A stretch of DNA of 42,937 nt from Candidatus Omnitrophota bacterium (GCA_043812095.1 JBDRMO010000021.1:1-42937); one strand, 5' to 3'; positions 15,549 through 25,939 are shown, counted from the first letter of the stretch. Notes: a model not told the origin generated them from the sequence alone. A program made the numbers and translations.

Positions 15549-17542
15549 TGAGTAAAGATATAAAGAAAATGATTGATGATCTGAAGGATGAAATTAGGCA
15601 GCATGATTACTTGTACTATGTATTAAGTCAGCCGAAAATATCCGATAAAGAATATGATCTCTTACTCAGGCAGCTGGTGAGTTTAGAAAATAAACATCCG
15701 GAGTTTAAATCTGATGATTCTCCGAGTGTCAGAGTGAGCGGGGGCATCTTAGAGGGATTCAGAACAGTGCGACATAAACAGAGTATGCTCTCTTTAGATA
15801 ATACCTATAATTTTGAGGAGTTAAGCGATTGGGAGAGGCGCGTAGAAAAAGGATTAAAGTCACAGGGGAAGATAGAGTATATTGCAGAGCTAAAGATGGA
15901 CGGGGTAAGTGCCAATTTAACTTATAAGCAAGGGAAGTTATCTATTGCTGCTACCAGGGGAGATGGTCAAAGCGGAGAGGATGTCACCGGTAATATTAAG
16001 ACAATTCGCGCTATCCCTTTAATTTTATTGGGTAAAGGGATTCCGGATTTTATTGAAATCCGGGGAGAAGTCTATATGGATAAAAATGAATTCAAAAGCC
16101 TGAATAAAGAACGACAAAGGGCAGGTGAACTTCTATTCGCTAATCCCCGTAATGCTGCCAGCGGAACTCTAAAAGTTCTTGATAGTAGTATAGTTGCAAA
16201 GAGAAAACTTAAGTTCTTTGCACATTCTTTAGGTGAGCGTAAGGGAGTAGAGTTTTTTAATCATGATGAATTCTTGAAGAAGTTAAAAGAATGGGGCGTT
16301 CCGGTTAATGCCAATACCAGAGTTTTTAAGACGCTTGATCAAGTAATCGGGTATTGTAAAAACTGGTATGAGAAAAGAGAAAAATTGAACTATGAAATAG
16401 ACGGGGTGGTGATTAAAGTTAATGTTATCCGGCAGCAAGAGAGATTAGGCTTCACGATGAAGAGCCCGCGTTGGGCAATAGCTTATAAATTTCCCGCGCA
16501 TCAAGCGACCACCGAGGTTTTAAACATTGATCTAAACGTCGGTAGAACAGGCGTAATTACTCCCAGGGCGCAACTTAAAGCGGTTGAATGCGCAGGAGTA
16601 ATAATCAAGCATGCAACCTTGCATAATTTTGATGAAATAAAGCGTCTGAATATAAAAATAGGCGATAGGGTTTTGATCGAGAGAGCCGGAGATGTAATCC
16701 CTAAGATTGTCAAGGTATTGGAGAGTCGAGGGGGTAGCAGCGTTTCGATACCTAAGCGTTGTCCGGTATGCCTCAAAGAAGTTGTAAAGGAGAAAGAAAG
16801 AGATGTGGCTTACAGATGTATAAATCCATGCTGTCCGGCCCAGATCGAACGGGGGTTATTACATTTTGCCAGCCGTAGCGCTATGGATATAGAAGGTATG
16901 GGTGAATCTGTAGTTAGCCAGCTGGTAGAGTTGAAAATAGTAAAGAATATCGCAGATATTTATAAATTAGCAGCAAAAGATCTGTTAAAACTAGATTTTT
17001 TTAAAGATAAGAAAGTCCATAATCTACTTTCTGCGATTCAGAGAAGTAAGGTTAGGCCATTATCGCATCTGATCTATGGCCTAGGTATTCGTCACGTAGG
17101 CGAGAAAGCCGCTTATGTTTTAGCCAGGCAGTTTAGAACCCTGGATAATCTAGCGCAAGCTAAACTGGAAGAACTCTGCAATATATATGAAGTCGGGCCG
17201 GTAGTGGCAGAATCGATAGTAGATTATTTTGCCCAGGCAGAGACTAGGAAAATAATTGCAGAACTTAAGAAAGCAGCGCTAAATTTTAAAGAAGAGTTTT
17301 CTAAAAGTAAGACTACGGCCTTGATTGGTAAGAGCGTGGCGTTTACCGGAGAACTTAAAGATCATAGTCGTGCGCAAGCTCAAAAATTAGTGCGTGAGGC
17401 CGGAGGTAATCCTATTTCGAACGTGAGTAAGGATACAGACTTTGTAGTGCTAGGAGAGAATCCCGGTTCAAAATACATTAAAGCACAAAATTTGGGAGTA
17501 GAGATTATTAACGAGGAAAAATTTAAGGAGTTGATTAGATGA
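15548..17542 (+). CDS. ligA: NAD-dependent DNA ligase
   Basis: Adenylation motif ELKMDG, a Cys4 zinc finger (CPVC...C..C), HhH repeats and a C-terminal BRCT. The ATG at 15548 overlaps the acyP stop; the ORF-track start at 15545 is TTG. Confidence 0.95.
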   Translation: MSKDIKKMIDDLKDEIRQHDYLYYVLSQPKISDKEYDLLLRQLVSLENKHPEFKSDDSPSVRVSGGILEGFRTVRHKQSMLSLDNTYNFEELSDWERRVEKGLKSQGKIEYIAELKMDGVSANLTYKQGKLSIAATRGDGQSGEDVTGNIKTIRAIPLILLGKGIPDFIEIRGEVYMDKNEFKSLNKERQRAGELLFANPRNAASGTLKVLDSSIVAKRKLKFFAHSLGERKGVEFFNHDEFLKKLKEWGVPVNANTRVFKTLDQVIGYCKNWYEKREKLNYEIDGVVIKVNVIRQQERLGFTMKSPRWAIAYKFPAHQATTEVLNIDLNVGRTGVITPRAQLKAVECAGVIIKHATLHNFDEIKRLNIKIGDRVLIERAGDVIPKIVKVLESRGGSSVSIPKRCPVCLKEVVKEKERDVAYRCINPCCPAQIERGLLHFASRSAMDIEGMGESVVSQLVELKIVKNIADIYKLAAKDLLKLDFFKDKKVHNLLSAIQRSKVRPLSHLIYGLGIRHVGEKAAYVLARQFRTLDNLAQAKLEELCNIYEVGPVVAESIVDYFAQAETRKIIAELKKAALNFKEEFSKSKTTALIGKSVAFTGELKDHSRAQAQKLVREAGGNPISNVSKDTDFVVLGENPGSKYIKAQNLGVEIINEEKFKELIR

Positions 17543-18033
17543 AAATGAAAACAGTTTATCCGTTATTTATTTTTTTATTGATTTTTTCATCGATTGGCTG
17601 TGAGGCTTTTACGCGTAAGTTTACCCGTAAACCCAAGAAGAAAGATCAAGCTGCCATAGAGGTTGTCTTAGAACCCGAAGTGTATACCGAGTTTGATATG
17701 ACTCAAGAAGAATTGTATCGTAGGTATTTTACATTCTGGAAATCATGGCAGGTAGAGCTAACTGTATCGCTAGAAGAGGGAAGAAGCAAAAAGAAAAAGA
17801 TGGATTGTGCAGAGGAAGCGATCAAGAATCTGATTAATTTAAGAGCGTTATTAGATGAAGAGAAGAAAATGCAACTGGACGGATACATCAATCAAATAAA
17901 AAAGTTGAGTGATAAAATATCTCAAGATTCTTATGGCGCGGATAATGCGGCAAATGCCAAAGTCTCAGAGCGGATTAAAAGAGAGATATTAAGAGAGTTT
18001 TCTTACAACAAGGTAAAGGATAGGCTGGTATGA
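17539..18033 (+). CDS. Hypothetical lipoprotein
   Basis: Signal peptide with a lipobox-like FSSIGC. The rest is charged and helical, with no recognisable family. Confidence 0.55.
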   Translation: MKMKTVYPLFIFLLIFSSIGCEAFTRKFTRKPKKKDQAAIEVVLEPEVYTEFDMTQEELYRRYFTFWKSWQVELTVSLEEGRSKKKKMDCAEEAIKNLINLRALLDEEKKMQLDGYINQIKKLSDKISQDSYGADNAANAKVSERIKREILREFSYNKVKDRLV

Positions 18034-18650
18034 TATTGGAAGCAGTAAGTGTAGGAGCAATGCAGGTGAATTGTTATATATTGGCTTCTACTTTTGGCTC
18101 ATCCGCTATAATCATCGATCCCGGAGACCAGGCGGATAAGATCCAGCGGGTTTTAGATAAACATAAGCTAAAACCCGCCTTAATTATAAATACCCACGGG
18201 CATTATGACCATATTGGTTGTGATAATAAGTTTGCTGTCCCCGTATATATACACCGGGAAGATTTAGCTTTATTGAAAGACCCGGAGCTTAATCTTTCCA
18301 GTTTATTCAGTCTGGATTATCAAGTTAAATCCAGGATAAAAACATTAAAGCATGAAGATATTATCGAGTTGGATGATATACGGTTGAAAGTTCTACATAT
18401 CCCGGGGCATACTCCGGGAGGCATCACTTTGCTGATGCAGAAGCCCAAAGAGAACATTGCTTTTACCGGGGATACTCTATTTTTTCAGGGGATTGGCAGG
18501 TCTGATTTTACAGGGGGAGACGGGGAACTATTGATAAAGTCTATTAAAGAGAAACTAATGGTTTTACCCGAAGATACGGTGATTTATCCCGGACACGGGC
18601 CCAGTTCTACGATCGGCAGAGAGAAAAGAAGCAATTCTTTCGTGAACTAA
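18030..18650 (+). CDS. MBL-fold metallo-hydrolase (glyoxalase II-like)
   Basis: THGHYDHIG metal-binding motif, then HIPGHTPG and GDTLF. Confidence 0.85.
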   Translation: MILEAVSVGAMQVNCYILASTFGSSAIIIDPGDQADKIQRVLDKHKLKPALIINTHGHYDHIGCDNKFAVPVYIHREDLALLKDPELNLSSLFSLDYQVKSRIKTLKHEDIIELDDIRLKVLHIPGHTPGGITLLMQKPKENIAFTGDTLFFQGIGRSDFTGGDGELLIKSIKEKLMVLPEDTVIYPGHGPSSTIGREKRSNSFVN

Positions 18651-18651
18651 A

Positions 18652-19566
18652 ATGAGGGAACTTATCGATACTTTCCTTAATTATTTAAACGTTGAAAGAG
18701 GATTGGCTAAGAATACAATAATTTCTTACCGGGAGGACCTGAATCATTACATAGATTTTTTGAATAGGTTGCATATTGATGCTTTGTCTAAAACGACCAA
18801 GGCAGAGATTACCGATTTTATGCTCTCACAGAAGGATAAGGGGATCTCCGCTAATTCGGTTGCTAGGCGTTTAGCTGCTATCAGGATGTTTCACAGATTT
18901 TTGGTCAGAGAGAGGATTTTAAAGATTGATCCCACTAACCTAATAGAATCCCCCAAGCTATGGAAAAAAATACCGGATACACTTTCTCTTAATGAAGTCG
19001 AGAAATTACTTGCTCAGCCTAATGTCAGGGAAAAACAGGGCTCCAGGGATAGAGCGGTATTAGAGACTTTGTATGCTACGGGGATGCGTGTGTCAGAGGC
19101 AGTAAATCTTAAGTTGGATAATCTTAATCTCGATGTAGGATTCCTGCGCTGCATCGGTAAGGGTAATAAAGAGCGGGTTATACCGTTAGGCAGTAAAGCC
19201 ATAATCAGCCTGAAAAGATATCTAGAGATAAGCAGACCATATCTGTTGAATCCTAAAGGAAAGCGTAAGGATGCGACTAAAAGGAGATCCGATTATCTCT
19301 TTCTCAATCGTTTCGGTAAGAGTATATCACGCCAGTCATTATGGAAGTTGATCAGGCAATACGCCAGGAGCGCAAGGATTAAGAAATCTATAAAGCCACA
19401 CATATTAAGGCATTCTTTTGCTACTCATTTATTAGAACGGGGAGCGGATCTACGTTCTGTCCAGGAGATGCTCGGGCATTCCAATATTTCTACAACACAG
19501 ATTTACACCCATATAAACAAGGATAGACTGAAATCAGTGCATAGAGAGTTTCACCCCAGGCCTTAG
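18652..19566 (+). CDS. xerD: Tyrosine site-specific recombinase, XerD/XerC type
   Basis: SAM-like N-terminal domain and a catalytic region containing ATGMRVSE ... HILRHSFATHLLERGADLRSVQEMLGHSNISTTQIYTH. Confidence 0.85.
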   Translation: MRELIDTFLNYLNVERGLAKNTIISYREDLNHYIDFLNRLHIDALSKTTKAEITDFMLSQKDKGISANSVARRLAAIRMFHRFLVRERILKIDPTNLIESPKLWKKIPDTLSLNEVEKLLAQPNVREKQGSRDRAVLETLYATGMRVSEAVNLKLDNLNLDVGFLRCIGKGNKERVIPLGSKAIISLKRYLEISRPYLLNPKGKRKDATKRRSDYLFLNRFGKSISRQSLWKLIRQYARSARIKKSIKPHILRHSFATHLLERGADLRSVQEMLGHSNISTTQIYTHINKDRLKSVHREFHPRP

Positions 19567-19568
19567 TG

Positions 19569-20819
19569 ATGAAAGAAAATTTAAAAAGATTGCCCGATAA
19601 GATTCAGGAGTTGATAGGCTTAGCCAGAGACCTTGCAGAGCGTATGAATATCCATGCTTATCTAGTCGGCGGTTTCGTAAGGGATTTGATAATCGGCGTT
19701 AATAATCTTGATTTAGATATAGTAGTCGAAGGTGACGGGGTCGCTTTTGCACAAGAACTCGCTAAGATCCTAAGAGCAAAGCTTGTTCGCCATAGAAGAT
19801 TCCGTACAGCTACGGTGATGATCAATCCTGATTTGAAGATTGACGTGGCAAGTGCTAGGAAAGAATTTTATCCGTCGCCGGCAGATTTACCGGTAGTGAG
19901 GTCCGCTAGCTTAAAGGATGACCATTTCAGGCGCGATTTTACGATAAATGCAATGGCAATAAGTATCAGCGGAGGAAATTTCGGTAAACTGATAGATGCT
20001 TTCGGCGGCAAGGTTGATTTACGTAATAAACGGGTGCGCTTTCTGCATGATTTAAGTTTTGTTGATGACCCTACTAGGATACTTAGGGCAATTCGATTCG
20101 AACAGAGGTTTAATTTTAAGATTGAACCAAGAACTATGAAATATTTGAAGCAGGCAGTTAGGCTGAAGATGTTGAATAAGGTTGAGCCGCAAAGAATACG
20201 CGATGAATTAATTCTATTATTAAAAGAAAAACATCCGATTAAAGAGATATGGCGTATGCAGGAATTGACCGGATTTGATTTTATAGCACCAGCGTTATCG
20301 CTGGGTAAAAATACGCGTAAACTTCTTGGCGCTATTGAAAAGATAACTTTGTCTCATAGCAGGGTCGAGCCTTGGCTAATATATTTTATGGGATTGATTG
20401 ATTCTCTAAACTTGCAGCAAACCGAAAAGGTATGCGATAAATTCGCTTTTACTAAGCAAAATGCTAAAAAAATTATATCTTCCAAAAAGATTAACCGTAA
20501 ATTTATTCTCAGTCTGGGCAAAAAAGGACTTCAGCCGTCGATGATTTATTCGCTTTTGTCGCCGTTATCTTATGAGGCAATTCTCCTGCTGAAGGCAAAA
20601 TATAACCAAGGCATAGTCCGGCAGAATATCGAAGATTTTTTAGAGACTTACAGGCATCTGAGTTTAGGTGTGAATGGGCATGATTTGCAGGAATTGGGTA
20701 TCAGGCCGGGACCGGATTATCAGAAAATTTTAAAGAAAGTATTTAAAGCTAAGCTTAATGGGTTGGTTAGAGATAAGGATGCTCAGCTCAGGTTGATAAG
20801 AAAGATTGCTAAATTGTAA
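19569..20819 (+). CDS. cca: CCA-adding tRNA nucleotidyltransferase / poly(A) polymerase family protein
   Basis: GGFVRDLIIG..N.DLDIVVEG head-domain motif and RRDFTINAMA. The ATG at 19569 is preferred over the GTG at 19566. Confidence 0.8.
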   Translation: MKENLKRLPDKIQELIGLARDLAERMNIHAYLVGGFVRDLIIGVNNLDLDIVVEGDGVAFAQELAKILRAKLVRHRRFRTATVMINPDLKIDVASARKEFYPSPADLPVVRSASLKDDHFRRDFTINAMAISISGGNFGKLIDAFGGKVDLRNKRVRFLHDLSFVDDPTRILRAIRFEQRFNFKIEPRTMKYLKQAVRLKMLNKVEPQRIRDELILLLKEKHPIKEIWRMQELTGFDFIAPALSLGKNTRKLLGAIEKITLSHSRVEPWLIYFMGLIDSLNLQQTEKVCDKFAFTKQNAKKIISSKKINRKFILSLGKKGLQPSMIYSLLSPLSYEAILLLKAKYNQGIVRQNIEDFLETYRHLSLGVNGHDLQELGIRPGPDYQKILKKVFKAKLNGLVRDKDAQLRLIRKIAKL

Positions 20820-20855
20820 TGAATGCTGGTTGATTATGATAAGGAGCTGATATAG

Positions 20856-21233
20856 ATGTCGAGAAAAGAGAAGGTCACCGAGGCAATTAGAAAAGAAATC
20901 AGTATAATCATACATGATGAATTAAAAGATCCGCGAATAGGTTTTGTTACTATCACCCGGGTGGAAATGGCACAGGATCTTAGGGCGGCGAAGATTTTTT
21001 TCAGCGTATTGGGTAAGGAAAAGGAACGGAAGAAAACTAAAGAAGCACTAGAGAGTGCGGTGGGTTTTATCCGTAGGTTAATTGCGCAGAGGATCAGCCT
21101 AAGGTTCTCCCCGGAGATTTTTTTCAGAGAGGATAGATCAAGCGAGTATAGCATTAAAATCCAGCAGGTTCTGGATAAAATAAAGGAGCAAGATGAGTCT
21201 AGAAAAGGCAATAAGCTGCATCAGAAAGAATAA
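20856..21233 (+). CDS. rbfA: Ribosome-binding factor A
   Basis: RbfA-like sequence (LKDPRIGFVTITRVEMAQDLRAAKIFFSVLG) of about 120 aa. Confidence 0.9.
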   Translation: MSRKEKVTEAIRKEISIIIHDELKDPRIGFVTITRVEMAQDLRAAKIFFSVLGKEKERKKTKEALESAVGFIRRLIAQRISLRFSPEIFFREDRSSEYSIKIQQVLDKIKEQDESRKGNKLHQKE

Positions 21234-22176
21234 AAGATTTCTCATCACCGCCCATATTGGGTTAGAGGGCGACGCATTAGGCGCGGAGTTAGCGTTTTAT
21301 AATCTGCTTAAAAAACTAGGTAAACAGGCGGTTATTGTTAACCAGGATGCTTTGCCGTACAGCTACGATTTTCTACCCGGCATAAATGTGATTAGGCAGT
21401 ACAGGAAGAAATTTGTGAATGATATCAAGTTTGACTGTTTTGCTGTACTGGATTGCGCTGATCTAAATAGAGCCGGAAGGGTAGATAAGCTCAATATAGA
21501 TAATAAACCCATTTTAAATATAGATCACCATATCAGTAATCAGCGATTTGGAAAGATAAACTGGATAGAGCCCAATGCATCTTCTTGTTCGGAGATGATT
21601 TATAAATTGTATAAAAAGATGCGAGTTCCTTTAGATAAAGAAAGCGCTATATGTTTATATGTAGGGATACTTACCGATACCGGTTCATTTCATTATTCCA
21701 ATACCAATAGCTCTACCCATCAGGCAGCGGCGGAACTTCTTAGCTGCGGAGTAGACGCTCCAGCGATTTATCGAAAGGTCTATGAGAGCATACCTTTTCA
21801 AGACCTGAGGTCATTAAGTATGATACTGCCTACGATTAAATGTGAAGCAGGAGGGAGGATCGCCTGGTTTCAGTTGAAACAGGATATATTGAAAAACAAA
21901 AAGCCATTTTTTGACCTTTCTGAGCGCCTCTTAAGCTTCGGCCGTTCGATCAAAGATATCGAAGTGGTAGCATTATTTCGGAGCAATTTTGGAGCGAGAA
22001 ATTCGGTAAGAGTTAACCTAAGGTCACAGGGGAAAATCGATGTCAATAAGATTGCCGCCCGTTTTGGAGGAGGCGGCCATAAGACCGCAAGTGGTATCAG
22101 TATTAAGGGCGAGATTGATGCAGTGAGCAAGAAAGTATTAACTGAAATTAGAAAACAGCTGAGAAGAAGAAAGTAA
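21193..22176 (+). CDS. nrnA: DHH/DHHA1 phosphoesterase (NrnA-like oligoribonuclease/pAp phosphatase)
   Basis: Motifs HIGLEGDALG, NIDHHISN and GGGGHKTASG (DHHA1), in the conserved rbfA-nrnA arrangement. Confidence 0.85.
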   Translation: MSLEKAISCIRKNKRFLITAHIGLEGDALGAELAFYNLLKKLGKQAVIVNQDALPYSYDFLPGINVIRQYRKKFVNDIKFDCFAVLDCADLNRAGRVDKLNIDNKPILNIDHHISNQRFGKINWIEPNASSCSEMIYKLYKKMRVPLDKESAICLYVGILTDTGSFHYSNTNSSTHQAAAELLSCGVDAPAIYRKVYESIPFQDLRSLSMILPTIKCEAGGRIAWFQLKQDILKNKKPFFDLSERLLSFGRSIKDIEVVALFRSNFGARNSVRVNLRSQGKIDVNKIAARFGGGGHKTASGISIKGEIDAVSKKVLTEIRKQLRRRK

Positions 22177-22236
22177 GAATTTATTTTTCTAAGGCCTTAC
22201 TAGTAGTATAATAAAAGAAACTAAGAGGAGACAGTC

Positions 22237-22989
22237 ATGGGGAAAAGTATTTTAGTCGTTGACGATGAGTTAAAAATCAGAGAGTTGTTTTATGACCTCT
22301 TCTCGGTAAAAGGATATAAAATAATTACTGCCTCAGGAGGGCAAGAGGGGATTGAAACACTTAAATCAGCAAAAGTAGATTTGGTATTGTTAGATATTAA
22401 AATGCCGCAATTAAGCGGTATCGATACTTTAAAGCTGATGAGAGAGATTAATCCTACTGTAAAAATCATCATGCTTACTGCTCTTGAGGATCCGGAATTA
22501 GATAGAGAGGCCAGGTATAACGGCGCAACCGGCCTGATGAGAAAATCCTGGGGGATTGCCGCGATTTCAAAAATAGTAAATTCTGTGCTTGACGAAAATT
22601 TAGAGGAATCTCATGAGGAGAAGAAGCGTATCTTGATCGTTGATGATGATGGTGAAATCTGTACTTTACTCGGGGATTTTTTGAAGAGAAAGGGTTTTAG
22701 TCCGATTATTACTAGAAGCGGGGAAGAGGCTTTAGAAAAGGTGAAAAGCGAGCATCCGGTAATCGTGCTTTTAGATATGCATATGCCCGGCATGGACGGT
22801 CTGATGGCCTTAAAGAAGATCAGAGAGGCTAACGCGGCAACCGGTGTAATCGTTATCACCGGTTCGGCAGATGAAAGCATTTCACTTGAGGCAATGAAGT
22901 TAGGCGTCTATGATTACCTGATCAAGCCGGTTAACTTGGATTATCTGTTATTTTCTCTGATCAGTAAAATCATCCTGAGGAGCGCATAA
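22237..22989 (+). CDS. Tandem receiver-domain response regulator without output domain
   Basis: Two REC domains: ILVVDDE...DLVLLDIKMP and ILIVDDD...VLLDMHMPGMDG...KP. There is no DNA-binding or enzymatic domain. Confidence 0.85.
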   Translation: MGKSILVVDDELKIRELFYDLFSVKGYKIITASGGQEGIETLKSAKVDLVLLDIKMPQLSGIDTLKLMREINPTVKIIMLTALEDPELDREARYNGATGLMRKSWGIAAISKIVNSVLDENLEESHEEKKRILIVDDDGEICTLLGDFLKRKGFSPIITRSGEEALEKVKSEHPVIVLLDMHMPGMDGLMALKKIREANAATGVIVITGSADESISLEAMKLGVYDYLIKPVNLDYLLFSLISKIILRSA

Positions 22990-22992
22990 AAT

Positions 22993-23700
22993 ATGGTAGC
23001 ACTTATCGGTTTATTGGCTGTTATTCTTTTATCCGTTGTAGTTATCAGAATCGGCGCAATCGCCTTAGAACTTACCGGACTTTCTCCGGAGATAGCTTCT
23101 TTTCAGGCCCAATCGGCATTTTCCGGAGTAGGATTTACTACTGCGGAATCGGAAGCAATCGTCACTCATCCTGTAAGAAGGCGCATTATCCGTATACTTA
23201 TCCTTTTCGGCAGCGCGGGGGTCACTACTTCGATTGCAACCCTGGTTTTGACTTTCGTCGGAGAAAAGGGAAGAGATATGTTGGTTAGGGGGGCGCAGTT
23301 AATCTCCGGAGTATTGATCATTTATCTGATTGCGCGCTCAAAGCATATATATGTATTGATGAGGAAAATAATCAAAAAAGCTCTGGAAAAATGGACGGCC
23401 CTGAGGATTTTTGATTATGAGCAGATATTAGGTTTTAATGAAGGTTATATCATTTCAAGGATTACTGTTAGAAGCGACAGTTGGTTAGTCGATAGGAAGT
23501 TAAGCGAATTAAGATTAGATAAAGAAGGAGTACTGATTTTGGCAATTTACCGCAAGGTAAACAAAAAAGAGACTTTTATCGGTGGGCCTACCGGAGATAC
23601 AGAGATTAAAGCAAAGGATGTCCTCATCTGTTACTCGCGTCAGGATATCAGTAAGTCTCTTGCCAGAAATTCCGATGAAGTATTTAAAAAGAGAACTTAA
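22993..23700 (+). CDS. Membrane protein with C-terminal RCK_C (TrkA-C) domain
   Basis: The N-terminal part has TM helices. The C-terminal part reads SWLVDRKLSELRL.KEGVLILAIYR...PTGDTEIKAKDVLICY, typical of TrkA-C ligand-binding domains. Confidence 0.65.
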   Translation: MVALIGLLAVILLSVVVIRIGAIALELTGLSPEIASFQAQSAFSGVGFTTAESEAIVTHPVRRRIIRILILFGSAGVTTSIATLVLTFVGEKGRDMLVRGAQLISGVLIIYLIARSKHIYVLMRKIIKKALEKWTALRIFDYEQILGFNEGYIISRITVRSDSWLVDRKLSELRLDKEGVLILAIYRKVNKKETFIGGPTGDTEIKAKDVLICYSRQDISKSLARNSDEVFKKRT

Positions 23701-25525
23701 CCTTTTAGACGTTTTTTGTATAGCTTCCGGAGCAATGATCAGCTCCGGGTTATTTATTTTACCGGGTTTGGCTTTTGCTAAGGCAGGGCCGGCGGTAATC
23801 GTATCTTACCTGCTCTCCGCTGTTTTATGTATTCCCACTTTATTGAGTACTGCTGAATTAACTACCGCTATGCCGCGTGCAGGAGGAGACTACGTCTATA
23901 TTATGAAAGGTTTTGGTCCTGTGATTGGGACAATGGCAGGTTTCAGCAGCTGGTTTTCGCTGAGTTTAAAGGCGGCATTTGCACTTATCGGGGTGGGCGC
24001 GTATTTGACTTTAGTAACTAATTTGTCCCTAAATACTATTGCTTTATTTTGTTGCTTATTTTTTATCCTGTTGAATTTAATCGGAGTAAAGGAAGCCGGA
24101 AGGTTCCAGGTTATATTGGTTATCGGCCTGTTAGTAGTACTTTTTACTTATGTAGTATTAGGTTTAAAAGCAGTCAACCCTGCAAACTTCCGTCCGTTTT
24201 TTTCAGAAAAAGTAGACTCCGTGTTTACCACGGCCAGTTTTGTTTTTATCTCTTATGGCGGTTTAACTAAAGTAGCGGCTTTAGCTGAAGAAGTAAAGAA
24301 TCCCGGCAGGAATTTACCTTTAGGGATGTTTCTTTCCTTGTTAATCGTAACTCTTATATATGGTTTAGTGATTTTTGTGACCGTGGGAGTTTTGGATCCT
24401 CAAAATCTACGGACTACACTTACTCCCATATCTGACGGAGCGGGAGCATTCGGCGGCGATCTGTTAAAGATAATCGTTAGTATCGGGGCTTTCTTAGCAT
24501 TCATTTCAACAGCTAACGCAGGGATTATGGCCGCTTCCCGATATCCTCTGGGGATGAGCAGGGACAAGTTGCTGCCTCGTCTTTTCCAGAAAATAAGCCC
24601 GACATTTAAGACTCCTTACATCGCTATCCTTTTTACCGGTCTGTTTATGGTAGCGGTTATTCTCCTATTAAGATTAGAACTATTAGTCAAGGTCGCATCC
24701 AGTATTCTCATCGTATTGTTTTTATTGGCAAACCTGACTTTGATTCTATTCAGGGAGAGTAAGATCTTAAGTTACCGGCCGAAGTTCCATGCCCCGCTTT
24801 ATCCTTATCTGCAAGTTTTAGGCATATTCGGAGGGTTATTTCTTCTAATTGAAATGGGATCTTTTATATTATTTTTAACAATTGTGTTTCTCTTATTAGG
24901 ATTAGCCTGGTATAAGATCTATGTGCAGAAAAGGGTCTCTGTAGATTCAGCCTTGATATATGCTCTGGAGAAATTAATATCGAAGGATAAAGACCTAACC
25001 TCAGATACTATTCTGGTTGAATTAAAGGATATTGTCGTGCGCAGGGACGAATTAATAGAAGATAAATTCCATAGACTCATTGAGCAAGGACAGGTTTTGG
25101 ATATCGAGGGGCCGGTAAAGTTTGAAGATTTCTTTAAGCAATGCTCTGAATTTTTGAGTAAGGAATTAAAAAAGGAGCCGGGGATATTATTTCAAAAGCT
25201 CATAGAAAGAGAGAATGATACAAGTACTGTAATCAGAAAAGGCCTGGCAATTCCGCATATAATTTTACAGGGTGGGAATATCTTTAAAATACTTTTAGTC
25301 AGAGCGAAGACGGGGATTATTTTTCCCAATGATCAGATTGTGCATACTGCTTTTGTTCTCGTAGGTTCTCCTGATCAGAGGAACTTACATTTAAAGGTGC
25401 TCGCTGCCATAGCTCAGATTACTCAGGATGCTGAATTTGACAAAAAGTGGCTCAGTGCTGCTAATCTGAATGAATTAAAAAATATAGTGCTTTTAGCAGA
25501 GCGGCAGAGGGAGACGCATTCTTAA
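23675..25525 (+). CDS. APC-family amino acid permease fused to a PTS EIIA(Ntr/Fru)-type domain
   Basis: The transporter has about 12 TM segments (GAMISSGLFILPG, RAGGDYVYI). The C-terminus has an EIIA-2 signature (STVIRKGLAIPHI). I use Met32 of the listed ORF (ATG 23675) as the start. The upstream extension overlaps the previous gene and is not permease-like. Confidence 0.8.
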   Translation: MKYLKRELNLLDVFCIASGAMISSGLFILPGLAFAKAGPAVIVSYLLSAVLCIPTLLSTAELTTAMPRAGGDYVYIMKGFGPVIGTMAGFSSWFSLSLKAAFALIGVGAYLTLVTNLSLNTIALFCCLFFILLNLIGVKEAGRFQVILVIGLLVVLFTYVVLGLKAVNPANFRPFFSEKVDSVFTTASFVFISYGGLTKVAALAEEVKNPGRNLPLGMFLSLLIVTLIYGLVIFVTVGVLDPQNLRTTLTPISDGAGAFGGDLLKIIVSIGAFLAFISTANAGIMAASRYPLGMSRDKLLPRLFQKISPTFKTPYIAILFTGLFMVAVILLLRLELLVKVASSILIVLFLLANLTLILFRESKILSYRPKFHAPLYPYLQVLGIFGGLFLLIEMGSFILFLTIVFLLLGLAWYKIYVQKRVSVDSALIYALEKLISKDKDLTSDTILVELKDIVVRRDELIEDKFHRLIEQGQVLDIEGPVKFEDFFKQCSEFLSKELKKEPGILFQKLIERENDTSTVIRKGLAIPHIILQGGNIFKILLVRAKTGIIFPNDQIVHTAFVLVGSPDQRNLHLKVLAAIAQITQDAEFDKKWLSAANLNELKNIVLLAERQRETHS

Positions 25526-25542
25526 TTTCTTGGAAGGATACA

Positions 25543-25920
25543 ATGCAGAAGAAGATCTATTATCATCATACTGATTGCGGAGGCGTAGTTTACTACGGAA
25601 AATATCTGGAATTACTCGAAGAAGCCCGGACTGAATTTCTGGCAGAGAAAGGGGTTCTGATAAAAAAACTGGCGGATCAGGGTATATTGTTTGTAGTTGT
25701 CCGGCAGGAGATAGAATATAAAATGCCTGCTTTTTACGGCGATACCATTGAGATCGATACGCGGATCAGCGGTGCTTCTAGGGCGAGTATGGAGTTTACC
25801 TATTTACTGAAGAATCAGCATGATAAGATAATTGCGAAAGCGAAAACAGTTCTTGCCTGTGTAGATAAGAATTTAAAACCTAACCCCATTCCGGCAGCAA
25901 TCCGCAGTAAAATTTCCTAA
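25543..25920 (+). CDS. Acyl-CoA thioesterase, 4HBT/YbgC family
   Basis: 125 aa hotdog-fold pattern (YYHHTDCGGVVYYGKYLELLEEARTEFL). Confidence 0.8.
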   Translation: MQKKIYYHHTDCGGVVYYGKYLELLEEARTEFLAEKGVLIKKLADQGILFVVVRQEIEYKMPAFYGDTIEIDTRISGASRASMEFTYLLKNQHDKIIAKAKTVLACVDKNLKPNPIPAAIRSKIS

Positions 25921-25939
25921 TCTTTATAAAGGAGGCAAG

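Noticed and set aside
18652-19566. Tyrosine recombinase as evidence of a mobile element or integrase for the peptide island
   Set aside because: The sequence and length fit chromosomal XerC/XerD dimer-resolution recombinases. It sits in a housekeeping run about 3.4 kb beyond the island. I saw no flanking direct or inverted repeats.
23582-23674. N-terminal 31-aa extension of the permease ORF
   Set aside because: The extension overlaps the RCK_C gene by about 120 nt and is not permease-like. The Met at 23675 begins a typical APC N-terminus.
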